Counted from the stretch's first letter, positions 1 through 10,184 are shown. The stretch is DNA of 64,000 nt from an uncultured Gemmatimonadales bacterium (GCA_963783385.1 CAWANJ010000002.1:20908-84907), one strand, 5' to 3'. Notes: generated by a model from the sequence alone, not told the origin. Made by a program: numbers and translations.

Positions 1-293
1 CCCGCGGCCTGCCCGGCGGCCCGCTCGAGATCGGCGGCCTCCGGGTCCCAGTGGCCGATGGGTTCCAGGGAGACCCGCGCGCCCGCCTCCCGTCCGAGCG
101 CCCCGGCGTCCACCACGCCCTCGGGACCCACCAGCACCCACTCGGCCGAGCCGGAAAGGGCGGCGGAGCGCACGGCCTTCTCGGTGATCTCGGGCCCGAT
201 GCCCCGTGGATCACCGAGCGTGATGGCCACCCGGAACGATCCGGAGGCGCCGTCCCGGCCGGAGCGCTCCTCGGCGTGGTCGCGTCCCGTCAC
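1..293 (-). CDS. pdxA: 4-hydroxythreonine-4-phosphate dehydrogenase PdxA, N-terminal ~97 codons (gene continues beyond window start)
   Basis: Minus-strand translation from GTG at 293 reads VTGRDHAEERSGRDGASGSFRVAITLGDPRGIGPEITEKAVRSAALSG..., matching the conserved PdxA N-terminus (IAITxGDPAGIGPEI). It starts 21 nt downstream of the surA-like stop, in the classical surA-pdxA order. Confidence 0.6.
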   Translation of the reverse strand, partial: MTGRDHAEERSGRDGASGSFRVAITLGDPRGIGPEITEKAVRSAALSGSAEWVLVGPEGVVDAGALGREAGARVSLEPIGHWDPEAADLERAAGQAA

Positions 294-314
294 CGCCCGT
301 CCCCCGGCCCGCTT

Positions 315-1745
315 CTAGAGGTAGATCTTGACGTACATACGCCGCCGGAGCTGCGCCACGTACTCCTGGAACTGCTTGGTGCGGACCAGGTTCTCTCGGA
401 TCTGGTCCTTGACGTCCTCGAACCGATACGGCCCGGCCGGCTTGAAGTCCGTGATCTTGAGCACCACGAACTCGGAGAGGTCGAAGGCGCCGGTGACCGG
501 GAAGGGGCCGATCGCCTGGCCGGACTCGGGCTGGCCGATCGCCTTGGCGTACGCGTCTCCGAACCGGCTGGAAACGTCCGTGAGCGCGATGTCCTCGAAG
601 TGCGTCTCCTGGTCCCGGATGCCGTACTCCCGGCCCAGGCGGGTCGGGTCGGCTCCGGACCGCAGGCTGTCCGCCAGCGCGTCGGCCCGTTCCCGCGCCT
701 TGCGCACGTCCGAGCTGTCGATGTCCGGACGGATGAGGATCTGGCTGATCTCACGCTCACCGCCCCGGATGTTCTGGACCTTGATGATGTGGAAGCCGAA
801 GCGCGTCCCGATCGGGCCGACCACGCGTCCGGGCGGTGCGGCCCATGCCACGTCCGCGAACGCGGGCACCACGTCGGACCGACGGATCCAGCCCATGTCG
901 CCGCCCTGGCTCCGCGTGCCCGGGTCGTTCGAGAAGCGGTGGGCGGCGACGGAGAAGTCGGTCCCGGAACGGATCTCGTCCAGCGCCTTGCGCGCCACGG
1001 CGATGGCGCTGTCGGCCGCCGCCGAGTCCGGGCGGGGCACGATCGTGATGCGCTCGAACGAGATCGAGGCCGGTCGCCGGGCCGAGGCCGAGTTCGCGTC
1101 GAAGTAGGCGCGCACGTCCGAGTCGCTGACGGCCGCCGGAGGCAGCCCCTGGTCGCTGATCAGCTGCTGTCGGAAGCGGGAGAGCAGGAGCTCCTGGCGG
1201 GCCTGCTGCTGTAGCATCTGCCGGTACTGGAACATGTTCTGGCCGGTGCGCTCGACCGCCTGGCGGAAGGCCTCGTCGGACTGGAAACCGGACCGGATTC
1301 GGTCGAACTGGCTCTGCACGGCCTGCTGCACCTGGTCGTCGCCGATGGTCACGCCCTCCTGCTCGGCGCGCTGTACGAGCAGCATCCTGTCGATCATGTC
1401 CTGGAGCGTCGACCGGACCAGGGAGTCCCTGGCCACCGGGTCCTGCGGGATCTTCTCGCCCTGCTGGCGCAGGCGGTAGATCTGCTCCTGGAGCTCGGAC
1501 AGGAGGATGGCCGAGTCCCCGGCGACGGCCACCACGCGGTCGACGACCTGGACCGAGTCGCCGCCCGTGGCGTTGCCGAGCTCCGGCTCCGGTCCGGCCG
1601 GTCTCGGCGCGGGCCTCTGGGCCGCGGTATCCGCGGGAGGTACGGTGTCCGCGGGAGGAACCGTGTCGGGCTGCTGCGCGGCGGCGCGCGCCGCCCCGCC
1701 CCCGGCGAAGACGAGCCCGAGGCCGAGGACGAGGGCCACGAGCAT
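315..1745 (-). CDS. surA: SurA-like periplasmic chaperone / parvulin-type peptidyl-prolyl cis-trans isomerase
   Basis: ORF 315..2141. The likely start is the internal ATG at 1745, giving the signal peptide MLVALVLGLGLVFAGGGAARAAAQQ. A parvulin PPIase domain (GWIRRSDVVPAFADVAW...GFHIIKV) sits between SurA-type N and C chaperone segments. The upstream extension of the ORF is Arg/Pro-rich and noncoding-looking. Confidence 0.8.
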   Translation of the reverse strand: MLVALVLGLGLVFAGGGAARAAAQQPDTVPPADTVPPADTAAQRPAPRPAGPEPELGNATGGDSVQVVDRVVAVAGDSAILLSELQEQIYRLRQQGEKIPQDPVARDSLVRSTLQDMIDRMLLVQRAEQEGVTIGDDQVQQAVQSQFDRIRSGFQSDEAFRQAVERTGQNMFQYRQMLQQQARQELLLSRFRQQLISDQGLPPAAVSDSDVRAYFDANSASARRPASISFERITIVPRPDSAAADSAIAVARKALDEIRSGTDFSVAAHRFSNDPGTRSQGGDMGWIRRSDVVPAFADVAWAAPPGRVVGPIGTRFGFHIIKVQNIRGGEREISQILIRPDIDSSDVRKARERADALADSLRSGADPTRLGREYGIRDQETHFEDIALTDVSSRFGDAYAKAIGQPESGQAIGPFPVTGAFDLSEFVVLKITDFKPAGPYRFEDVKDQIRENLVRTKQFQEYVAQLRRRMYVKIYL

Positions 1746-1935
1746 GTGGCCCCGATGGCGCGGTCGGAGCGCGGGGCTGCGCGGCGCTGGCCGGTCCGCG
1801 GGGTCGGTGGCGCCTTGGGTCATGCTGGCACGGCTCCCGGGTTGCTGGAGTGTGGGTCGAACCGGGCTCGGGGTCCGCCTTCGACCGGCTCGGACACAGC
1901 GGGATACCCGGCGCGCCCCGGCCCGGTCCCCGCCC

Positions 1936-4900
1936 TCATCGAGCGGCCGGCGCCGGCTCCGTACCGGCCTCCTCGGTGCGCGCCAGCACGGCCAGGGCGT
2001 CGACCAGGGTGGGCAGGATGGGCTCCACGCCGGCGTTCTCGAGCACCAAGGATAGCGGCTGCGTGCGGCGCACTTCAACGGCGAGCTGGCGATCCAGGAA
2101 CGCGTCCCGGAGGAGGGCCATGCGCGGCACGGCTTCCGCACGGAAGTTGATACGCGCGGAGCGGTCCGAGACGCGGATCCACTCCGCCTCCAGGGTCTGT
2201 CCCAGCGCCCGGAGCTCGACCGATGCCAGGAGGCGGTCGGCGGGATCCGGGAGCGGCCCGAAGCGGTCGCGGAGCTCGTCCCGCAGCTCGGCGACCTCCT
2301 CGCGACTCCCGATACGCGAGATCCGCCGATACAGGTGCATCTTCTGCTCGGCGTTCAGGATGTAGTCGTCCGGCAGATACGCCTCGCCCGCCACCGAGAC
2401 CTGCGGGGGCTCGGCGGCTGCCGCTCCGTCCTCGCCCTTGAGGCGCGCCACCGTGCGCTCCAGCATCCGGCGGTAGGTCTCGAAGCCGACCGCCCGGGCG
2501 AAGCCCGACTGTTCGGCGCCGAGGAGGTTCCCGGCGCCGCGCAGCTCGAGGTCCTTGAGGGCGATGAGGTGGCCGGCTCCCAGCTCGGTGTGGTGCTCCA
2601 GGATGCGAAGTCGGCGCTCCGCTTCGGGCGTGACGTCGTCCGGGACGAGGAGGTAGCAGTAGGCCCGGTGGTGGGAGCGGCCCACCCGCCCGCGAAGCTG
2701 GTAGAGCTGGGCCAGGCCGAAGCGGTCGGCCCGGTGGACGATCATGGTGTTGGCCGTCGGGACATCGAGCCCGTTCTCGATGATGGAGGTGCACACGAGC
2801 ACGTCGATGTCGCCGTCGACGAGCCCCGCCATGGTGATCTCGAGCTCCTCCCCGTTCATCTGGCCGTGCGCGACGGCCGTGCGGGCGTCGGGCAGGAGTC
2901 TCCGCACACGCTGGCGGATGGCCTCGATCGTCTGGACACGGTCGTGCACGAAGAACACCTGGCCGCCGCGGTCCAGCTCGCGGCGCATGGCGTCCTGGAG
3001 GACGGCGTCGCTCCAGCGCAGCACGTGCGTGATGATCGGCATGCGGTCGCGCGGGGCCGTCTCGATGATGGACATGTCCCGCAGCCCCCCGAGGGCGAGC
3101 TGCATGGTGCGGGGGATGGGGGTGGCGGTGAGCGTGAGCACGCCGACCGAGCGCTTGAGGGCCTTGAGGCGCTCCTTCTGCCTCACGCCGAAACGCTGCT
3201 CTTCGTCCACGATGACCAGGCCGAGGTCGTGGAAGGTCACGTCGCCGGACAGCAGCCGGTGCGTCCCGATCACGACGTCCACGACGCCGGAGGCGAGGCC
3301 GTCGAGGACCCCCTCCTGCTCGGCCCGGGTCTGGAACCGGGAGAGCTGCTCGAGCCGGATCGGGAAACCCGCCAGCCGCTGACCGAACGTCTGGAAATGC
3401 TGCTCTACCAGCACGGTGGTCGGGGCGAGGATGGCCACCTGCTTGCTATCCTGGACGGCCTTGAAGGCCGCCCGCATGGCCACCTCGGTCTTTCCGTAGC
3501 CCACGTCGCCGCAGATGAGGCGGTCCATGGGTCGCGGCTCCTCCATGTCGCGCCGAACGTCCTCCCAGGCGGCCAGCTGGTCGGGGGTCTCCTCGAACAG
3601 GAAGGCCGACTCCATCTCCCGCTGCCAGCGCGTCTCGCCCGCGAACGCGTGGCCCTCGGCGATCTGACGGTGGGCGTAGAGCTCGAGCAGCTCGGCCGCC
3701 TGCTCCTGGATCGAGTCGACCGTGCGCTCCTTGAGCTTCTTCCAGCGCTTGCCGCCCAGCTTGTGGACGGCGGGCGGATCGGCCGGCTGCCCGTCCTCCC
3801 CGGGCGCGCTCCAGCGTTCGATGAGGTCCAGGCGGTAGTGGGGGACCCGCAGGAGCTCACCGTCCGCGTATTCGATCTTCAGGGTCTCGATGGCCTCGCC
3901 GCCGACCTCGACGCGCTCGAGTCCCCGGTAGCGGCCAATGCCGTGATCGAGGTGGACCACGTAGTCCCCCGGCCGCAGGGATGCCACCGACTCGAGCGTG
4001 GCGGCGCCCTGGAAGCGGCCCGTGCGCCGCGGGCGTCGCGATCGGCGGAAGATCTCGTGGTCGGTGAGCACCACCAGGGGACGGGGCCCCGGGATGCGGA
4101 GTCCGCCCGTGAGGGAGCCGAGCGTCAGGGTGGCGGCTCCGCCGAGGTCGGGACCGCCGCGTTCCTCCAGGATCTCCCCGAGCCGCTCGAGCTGGCCCTC
4201 GTTGTCGCACAGGATCACGACCGCGTCGCCCCGGTCGCGGGCCGCCCGGATGGCGAGGGCCAGGCGTCCCATGTCCCGGTCCACCGCCGGAGGTGGCTCG
4301 AGGCGGAGGTCCAGCCACGCCGGATCCGCCCCGGACGCGGCGGCCTGGATTCGGGGCAGGGCGGCGAGGCGCCGCTCGCCCTCCTCGGGGGGCACTACCA
4401 GCGCCTCGGGAGCGAGCCCCCCGGCGCCGGCGGGCCGGGCCGCCGCGGTCTCGCTCCACATCTCGGCCCTGCGCTCCCGGCCGCGCGGGGCATCCATCTC
4501 GACGAGCAGGGATCCCTGCGGCAGCAGCTCGACCAGGGACCGGCGGCGTCCGGCCGCCTCGCGGGCCGGGCCGCCGCCTTTCCGGTCGGCACCGGCGGCC
4601 CGCCGGGGGGTCGAGGTGCGCAGGTCGACCGGGAGGACCTCCACGGCCTCGAGGACCCGTGACGTGCGCTGGGTCAGCGGGTCGAAACGGCGTACGGAGG
4701 CGATCCGGTCCCCCCACAGCTCCAGCCGCACGGGGCCGTCCGTGCTGAGCGGGTAGAGGTCGACGATCCCACCCCGGATCGCGTACTCGCCCAGCTCGGC
4801 CACCGTGTGCACCCGCTCGAAGCCCATGCGCTCGAGGCGCTCCCCCAGCCCGTCGAGCCCCCAGGTGTCACCGGCCGCCAGTCGGAGCTCGAGGGGGCCG

Positions 4901-5253
4901 GCGCCGGGCAGCTCTGTCCGCTCGACCAGCGCGCGGGCCGTGGTGACCAGCAGGCGGGCCTTACCGGCCAGGAGGGAGGCCAGGGCCTCGACCCGTTGAC
5001 CCGTGATCTCCACGTGCGGGTCGACGTCCTCGTAGGGAAGGGCCTCGCGCTGGGGGAAGTAGTCGACCGGGCGGGCGGGGGCGAGCGTCTCGAGATCGGC
5101 GACCAGCTGTTCGGCTTCCGCCGGCGTGTCGGCCACCAGGACCACCGGATCGGGTCCGAGGTCCGTCAGGCAAGCGGTGAGCGCCGCCGGCGCGGCGCCG
5201 GGGAGGGGACCCACGAGCAGCCGCTCGCCCGGCCGGGGCAGACGATTCGCCAT
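1936..5253 (-). CDS. mfd: transcription-repair coupling factor Mfd
   Basis: 1171-aa ORF 1936..5451. It carries superfamily-2 helicase motifs (GDVGYGKTEVAMRAAF, DEEQRFGV, TATPIPRT, LYQLRGRVGRS) and TRCF-specific domains, with a UvrB-interaction region near the N-terminus. The probable start is the internal ATG at 5253 (MANRL...), because the upstream part is Gly/Arg-rich. Confidence 0.9.
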   Translation of the reverse strand: MANRLPRPGERLLVGPLPGAAPAALTACLTDLGPDPVVLVADTPAEAEQLVADLETLAPARPVDYFPQREALPYEDVDPHVEITGQRVEALASLLAGKARLLVTTARALVERTELPGAGPLELRLAAGDTWGLDGLGERLERMGFERVHTVAELGEYAIRGGIVDLYPLSTDGPVRLELWGDRIASVRRFDPLTQRTSRVLEAVEVLPVDLRTSTPRRAAGADRKGGGPAREAAGRRRSLVELLPQGSLLVEMDAPRGRERRAEMWSETAAARPAGAGGLAPEALVVPPEEGERRLAALPRIQAAASGADPAWLDLRLEPPPAVDRDMGRLALAIRAARDRGDAVVILCDNEGQLERLGEILEERGGPDLGGAATLTLGSLTGGLRIPGPRPLVVLTDHEIFRRSRRPRRTGRFQGAATLESVASLRPGDYVVHLDHGIGRYRGLERVEVGGEAIETLKIEYADGELLRVPHYRLDLIERWSAPGEDGQPADPPAVHKLGGKRWKKLKERTVDSIQEQAAELLELYAHRQIAEGHAFAGETRWQREMESAFLFEETPDQLAAWEDVRRDMEEPRPMDRLICGDVGYGKTEVAMRAAFKAVQDSKQVAILAPTTVLVEQHFQTFGQRLAGFPIRLEQLSRFQTRAEQEGVLDGLASGVVDVVIGTHRLLSGDVTFHDLGLVIVDEEQRFGVRQKERLKALKRSVGVLTLTATPIPRTMQLALGGLRDMSIIETAPRDRMPIITHVLRWSDAVLQDAMRRELDRGGQVFFVHDRVQTIEAIRQRVRRLLPDARTAVAHGQMNGEELEITMAGLVDGDIDVLVCTSIIENGLDVPTANTMIVHRADRFGLAQLYQLRGRVGRSHHRAYCYLLVPDDVTPEAERRLRILEHHTELGAGHLIALKDLELRGAGNLLGAEQSGFARAVGFETYRRMLERTVARLKGEDGAAAAEPPQVSVAGEAYLPDDYILNAEQKMHLYRRISRIGSREEVAELRDELRDRFGPLPDPADRLLASVELRALGQTLEAEWIRVSDRSARINFRAEAVPRMALLRDAFLDRQLAVEVRRTQPLSLVLENAGVEPILPTLVDALAVLARTEEAGTEPAPAAR

Positions 5254-5527
5254 GCCCCGCTGGTCGAGGAGCTGGCGGAAGCTTTCGAGTATCAAGGACT
5301 CCGTGCGTGCCGCGTCGCGCTGAAAGGCCCGATCGGCCGCCGATCGAACCTCTCCTCGGCGGCCGCCGCCCGCCCCACCCTGGACGGGCACCGAAGGAGT
5401 ACCGCCGCCGTGCGGCTGGGTTCCGGCGCCGCGCGAGGGCGGCGGGCACATGCTCCGAAGGCTCGGGTATGGAAGCGACCGACCGCCACGACACGGGGAC
5501 GATCACGTCGAGGGAAGAGAGCGGAGC

Positions 5528-7054
5528 ATGCGCGGAGTCCGACCGAAGGCCCCGGCGGGATGCCGGCCGCATCTGCTCCTGGCCGCGACCCTCCTGGGCT
5601 CCCTGGCCGGGTCTCCCGGCCCGGTGGGCGCACAGGAAGCGGCGCCCGTGCCGGCGGCCTCCGCCGCCGGCCGGATCACCGCCGCGAACCTGCGCACCCG
5701 GGTGAGGCTGCTGGCGGACGACTCGATGCGCGGACGGGACACGCCGAGCCCACAGCTCACCGAGGCGGCCCGGTACGTGGCCGACCAGTTCCGGTCGTTC
5801 GGCCTGCGGCCGGGCCTCGGTGACAGCTACATGCAGTTCTACCCCGTGACCGTCATCGAGCCGGGGCCTTCCGGCGCTCAGAGGCTCCTCGTGGACGGCC
5901 CCGAAGGCGAGCACGCCCTGCGCTCCGGACGGGACTTCGTGGCCGCCCCCACGGGCACGGGCCTCACGGGGTCGGGCCCGCTCCGACGCTTCGATCCGGA
6001 CTCGTCGGCCGCGGAGGCTTCCGGAGCAATGCTGCTGGTCGACGCGCGTCCCTCCGACATGCCGGGAGTGTTCGCCTCGATCCGCCGCGTGCTGCGCGAG
6101 GGTGATGCGACTGGCGCCATCATCGTGGTGGATGCGCCGGATTCCTACTTCGAGGGCCTGCAGCGCTTCTTCGGTTCCCGCCGCGTGTCGATCGGCGAGC
6201 CCGATCTGCCGGGCAAGCCCGTGGCCCTGGTCGCGGCCTCGGCGCTGCCGGTCGCGATACGGGATCCGCTGTCCGCGGGGGAGACGTTGCCGTATGGCTG
6301 GACGGCTCGCCTGGAGACGACCGGGCACGTGCGTGCCGACAGCGCCATGAACGTCATCGGATGGCTGCCCGGGTCGGATCCCGAGCTGCAGGGCCAGTAC
6401 GTCCTGTTCACGGCCCACATGGATCACGTGGGCGTGGGCCGTCCGGTGGACGGGGATTCCATCTACAACGGGGCGGACGACGATGCCTCGGGGACGGCGA
6501 CCGTGCTCGAGCTGGCCAGCGCGTTCGCATCGGCGCCGAAGCACCCTCGCCGCTCCCTCGTGTTCATGACCGTGAGCGGGGAGGAGAAGGGCCTGCTGGG
6601 ATCGACGTGGTACACCGGCCATCCCGTGTTCCCGCTCGAGCGGACCGTGGCGGACGTGAACATCGACATGATCGGCCGCAACTGGAAGGACACGGTGGTG
6701 GCGATCGGCAAGGAGGCGTCCACGCTGGGCGACGTGGTCGACCGGGTGGTGGCCCGCCATCCCGAGCTCGACATGACCGTCATCGCCGACCCGTGGCCCG
6801 AGCAGCACTTCTTTACGCGCTCGGATCACTACAACTTCGCTCGCAAGGGAATTCCGATCCTGTTCTTCTCGAGCGGCCTCCATCGAGACTATCACCGCCC
6901 CTCCGACGAGGCCGACCGGATCGAGTACGGGAAGATGGCTCGAATCGCGCGCCTGCTGTACTTCATGGGGGGGCGGATCGCCGACGCGGACCGGGTCCCC
7001 CGGTGGGACCCGGACGCGTATCGCCGGGTGGTGGGAGGGTCGGGATCGCCGTAG
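5528..7054 (+). CDS. M28-family zinc aminopeptidase with PA domain (secreted)
   Basis: ORF 5450..7054. The signal peptide MRGVRPKAPAGCRPHLLLAATLLGSLAGSPGPVGAQEA starts at ATG 5528. M28 metal-binding motifs are present: HMDHVGVG, NGADDDASGTA, MTVSGEEKGLLGS, DVNIDMIG, SDHYNF. Confidence 0.8.
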   Translation: MRGVRPKAPAGCRPHLLLAATLLGSLAGSPGPVGAQEAAPVPAASAAGRITAANLRTRVRLLADDSMRGRDTPSPQLTEAARYVADQFRSFGLRPGLGDSYMQFYPVTVIEPGPSGAQRLLVDGPEGEHALRSGRDFVAAPTGTGLTGSGPLRRFDPDSSAAEASGAMLLVDARPSDMPGVFASIRRVLREGDATGAIIVVDAPDSYFEGLQRFFGSRRVSIGEPDLPGKPVALVAASALPVAIRDPLSAGETLPYGWTARLETTGHVRADSAMNVIGWLPGSDPELQGQYVLFTAHMDHVGVGRPVDGDSIYNGADDDASGTATVLELASAFASAPKHPRRSLVFMTVSGEEKGLLGSTWYTGHPVFPLERTVADVNIDMIGRNWKDTVVAIGKEASTLGDVVDRVVARHPELDMTVIADPWPEQHFFTRSDHYNFARKGIPILFFSSGLHRDYHRPSDEADRIEYGKMARIARLLYFMGGRIADADRVPRWDPDAYRRVVGGSGSP

Positions 7055-7152
7055 CTTGAAGGTCCCCCCTTTGACCGGTCCCCAAGGCGCGTCTCGCCCG
7101 GCGCGGGAATTCCGGGCGGCCGCCTTCACGTGCGCCCCATGGATCGAGGACG

Positions 7153-8598
7153 ATGGCTAAGTCGAAGACCAGGAAATCGAAGAAGACCACTCCGGAGAGC
7201 GCCAAGAAGAACGGAGACCGTTCCGGCTCGGTCTCCACCGCGCCCGTGCTCGTGATCGACGACGAGAAGGCCATCGTCGAGGCCCTCCAGGCGGTGCTGA
7301 GCGCCGAAGGCTATCAGGTCGAGACGGCGCACGACGGCGAGGAGGCCTGGGCGAAGCTCGAACAGCGTCCGTACGGACTCGTGATCGTGGACCTCAAGCT
7401 CCCCAACGTGGACGGACTCGAGATCGTGCGCCGCATCCGTGAAGGCGGACTCGGATCGGAGATCATCATCATCACCGGCGAGGCGTCGGTGGACTCGGCC
7501 GTGGAGGCGATGCGGAGGGGAGCCTACGACTACCTCACCAAGCCGCTGGAGACGGACCGCCTCAAGGCGCTGGTTCCCAAGGCGCTCGAGAAGTACGACG
7601 TGCGGGAGCAGAAGGCGGCCCTCGAGCGAAAGGTGGCGAACCTCACCCGCTACGCCGAGCTCATCGGGCAGTCCGAGGAGATGAAGGAGGTCTACAAGAC
7701 TATCGAGGCGGTGGCTCCCACGGACGCCAGCGTTCTCGTGTACGGGGAGTCGGGGACGGGCAAGGAGCTCGTGGCCCGGGCGCTCCACACCAAGTCGGCT
7801 CGCGCCGAGGGACGCTTCGTAGCGGTGAACTGCGCGGCCTTCCCCAAGGACATCCTCGAGAACGAGCTCTTCGGCCACGAGAAGGGTGCGTTCACGGGCA
7901 GCCTCAAGGAGAAGGCGGGCTGCTTCGAGCTGGCGGATGGCGGCACCCTCTTCCTGGACGAGGTCGCCGAGATGGGACCCGACACGCAGGTCAAGCTGCT
8001 CCGCGCGATCGAGACCCAGCAGTTCCGGCGCCTGGGAGGTCGCGACGAGATCGAGGTCGACATTCGGGTCCTGGCCGCCACCAACCGCGACGTGCACGAG
8101 GCGCTCCGGGAGGGGGACTTCCGCGAGGACCTCTACTACCGACTCTCGGTGGTCGAGATCGCCCTCCCGCCGCTGCGGGACCGGGGCGGGGACATCGAGC
8201 TCCTGGCGCACGAGTTCCTCAAGGAGTTCGGCGAGGAGCACGGCAAGCAGGTCGACGGCTTCTCCGAGGACGCGATCCGGTTTTTCCGTGCGTACGAGTG
8301 GCCCGGGAACGTCCGCGAGCTGAAGAACGCGGTCGAGCGGGCCGTGATCATGACCGGAGAGGGGGAGATCACCCTGACCGCGCTGCGGCCGCGGTCGGCG
8401 GATCGCAGGGGTTCGACCGAGGTCAGGATCCCCATCGGCGCCAGCCTCGAGAAGGCGGAGTCGCAGCTCATCCTCGAGACCTTCGCGTCCACGGGGGGGG
8501 ACCGGGCCAGGACGGCCGCCATCCTGGGGCTGGACGAGGAGGTGCTGGGTGACCGACTCGTGGAGCTGTTGGGCCCCAAGGAGGAGGCGGTCGGCTAG
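7153..8598 (+). CDS. sigma-54-dependent Fis-family response regulator (NtrC-type)
   Basis: N-terminal receiver domain (VLVIDDE...LVIVDLKLP). Central AAA+ sigma-54 interaction domain with Walker A GESGTGKE, the GAFTGS motif and RVLAATNRD. C-terminal Fis-type HTH (RARTAAILGL). Confidence 0.85.
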   Translation: MAKSKTRKSKKTTPESAKKNGDRSGSVSTAPVLVIDDEKAIVEALQAVLSAEGYQVETAHDGEEAWAKLEQRPYGLVIVDLKLPNVDGLEIVRRIREGGLGSEIIIITGEASVDSAVEAMRRGAYDYLTKPLETDRLKALVPKALEKYDVREQKAALERKVANLTRYAELIGQSEEMKEVYKTIEAVAPTDASVLVYGESGTGKELVARALHTKSARAEGRFVAVNCAAFPKDILENELFGHEKGAFTGSLKEKAGCFELADGGTLFLDEVAEMGPDTQVKLLRAIETQQFRRLGGRDEIEVDIRVLAATNRDVHEALREGDFREDLYYRLSVVEIALPPLRDRGGDIELLAHEFLKEFGEEHGKQVDGFSEDAIRFFRAYEWPGNVRELKNAVERAVIMTGEGEITLTALRPRSADRRGSTEVRIPIGASLEKAESQLILETFASTGGDRARTAAILGLDEEVLGDRLVELLGPKEEAVG

Positions 8599-8605
8599 AA
8601 GACGG

Positions 8606-8621
8606 GGGCACATGCCTTGCA
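8606..8621 (+). promoter_or_regulatory. candidate sigma-54 (-24/-12) promoter GGGCAC-N5-TTGCA
   Basis: The sequence gggcacatgccttgca has GG and GC separated by exactly 10 nt, matching the consensus TGGCAC-N5-TTGCW. It lies between the sigma-54 activator gene (stop 8598) and the YtxH-like gene (start 8679). Confidence 0.55.
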
Positions 8622-8678
8622 CGCAGCGAAGAGTGCATCTCCCTCATCCTTCCAGACGAGACCACAGCAGGTGACGCC

Positions 8679-9164
8679 ATGTCCGACGAGAGAGAAGTCC
8701 CGATCGTGGTGGTGAAGAAGGGCTCGGGCTTCGGAGCCTTCCTGCTCGGAGCGCTGTGCGGCGCGGCCGGGGGCCTGTTGTTCGCTCCGCGCTCCGGCAA
8801 GGAGACCCAGCGGGAGCTCCGGGAGGGAGCCTTGCGGCTCCGCTCCGACGCCGAAGACAAGCTCGAAGGCCTGCGCGACGATCTCGTGGAGGTCTACGAG
8901 CGGGCTCGCGAGGACGTCTCCGAGCGCGTCGACGTGGCCCGCGAGGAGATCCGGCACCGGCGGCGCCAGGCCGAGGAGGCCGTGCGGGCCGGGCGCAGCG
9001 GGGCCCACGGGGCCCGCGGAGACCTCGAGCGACGCGTGGTCGAGTCGAAGCGCGCCTACCGGGAGAGCATGAAGCGGCAGGGCCCCGGGGCGAGCGAAGA
9101 CGGCCACGAGGAGAACAGCGCCGCCGGGGACACGGAAGCCGCAGCCACCGAGAGCGAGGGCTGA
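8679..9164 (+). CDS. YtxH-like general stress protein (DUF948-like)
   Basis: N-terminal amphipathic/TM segment GFGAFLLGALCGAAGGLLFAPRSGKETQRELREG typical of YtxH proteins, followed by a coiled-coil charged region. An RBS precedes the start. Confidence 0.6.
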   Translation: MSDEREVPIVVVKKGSGFGAFLLGALCGAAGGLLFAPRSGKETQRELREGALRLRSDAEDKLEGLRDDLVEVYERAREDVSERVDVAREEIRHRRRQAEEAVRAGRSGAHGARGDLERRVVESKRAYRESMKRQGPGASEDGHEENSAAGDTEAAATESEG

Positions 9165-9205
9165 GCTCCACCGGCGTCACGCTCGCGGACTGAGCCTCCG
9201 CCACG

Positions 9206-10078
9206 GTGGACCGGCTCGGCGACGTCCGCGAGTTCGTCGGCTACGTGTACGAGAAGGCCGGGGAGGACAACATCTTTTTCCTGGCCTCGGGGATGACGTT
9301 CAGCCTGCTCCTGGCCGCGCTCCCGTTCCTGCTCCTCCTCCTCTCGGTGGCGGGGCTCGTGCTGGCGCCCCAGTTCGAGGCGCCCCAGGGCGTGGTGCTC
9401 CGCAGGCTGTGGGAGCTCCTCCCGGTCGGCAGTGCCTCGGTGCAGCGCTATCTGGACGGGCAGCTCCAGGACATCCTCTCCAGCGCGGGCTCGGTCGGAC
9501 TGGTGAGCGCCGTGTTGTTCGTGTGGTTCTCCACACGCCTGTTCGGCGCGGTTCGCACGGTCCTGGCCGAGGTGTTCGATCTCGGCGAGCCTCCCGGCGT
9601 GATCCGCGGCAAGTGGCTGGACGTGCAGCTCGTCCTGGTGAGCACGGCCCTCCTCACGCTGAACGTGTCCATCACCACGGTCCTCAGCGGCCTGGGAGAG
9701 CAGCTGCTCGAGCGCGTCGGGCTCCAGGCCGGCCCCACAACCCGGCTGGCGGCGTTCGCCACCGCCTTCCTGTTCATCTACGTGATGTTCCTCGTCATCT
9801 TCAAGTCCGTGTCACTGAACAGGATACGGTGGCGCACGGCGGCGATTGCCGCCCTGTTCGCCTCCGTGTCGTTCGAGCTGCTCAAGGTCGGCTTCGGCTG
9901 GTATGTCTCCAACTTCGCCGACTATTCCTCGATCTTCTTCGCCTTCTCCGTGCTGGTGGTCGTGGTCATGGCGACCTACTACGGGTCCATTCTGTTCATC
10001 CTGGGCGGCGAGGTGGCACAGGTCTACGAGCTTCGCCGCACTCTGCGGGAGCAGCGGCAGATCTTCCACCGGTCCTGA
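9206..10078 (+). CDS. YihY/BrkB-family inner membrane protein
   Basis: The N-terminus EFVGYVYEKAGEDNIFFLASGMTFSLLLAALPFLLLLLSV is characteristic of the YihY/virulence factor BrkB family. Multiple TM helices follow. Confidence 0.8.
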   Translation: MDRLGDVREFVGYVYEKAGEDNIFFLASGMTFSLLLAALPFLLLLLSVAGLVLAPQFEAPQGVVLRRLWELLPVGSASVQRYLDGQLQDILSSAGSVGLVSAVLFVWFSTRLFGAVRTVLAEVFDLGEPPGVIRGKWLDVQLVLVSTALLTLNVSITTVLSGLGEQLLERVGLQAGPTTRLAAFATAFLFIYVMFLVIFKSVSLNRIRWRTAAIAALFASVSFELLKVGFGWYVSNFADYSSIFFAFSVLVVVVMATYYGSILFILGGEVAQVYELRRTLREQRQIFHRS

Positions 10079-10184
10079 GCCCGAGCGGGCTCGGGCCCGG
10101 CTTCCACGTGGCGACCGCACGCCCCGCCGCGTACATTTCACGGTCCTTGTCCCGTCCAACCGCCGATCGACCTCCGGAGGTCTC

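Noticed and set aside
51-1214. 387-aa Arg/Gly/Pro-rich ORF. The same pattern appears in many others: 2335..4662, 4961..7129, 7126..8622, 10546..11895, 15840..17849, 20862..22538, 25906..27183, 35856..38657 and 53536..55125.
   Set aside because: They lie antisense or out of frame to well-supported genes. They have low-complexity RG/RP-rich translations and low third-position GC. These are standard shadow ORFs of a 70% GC genome.
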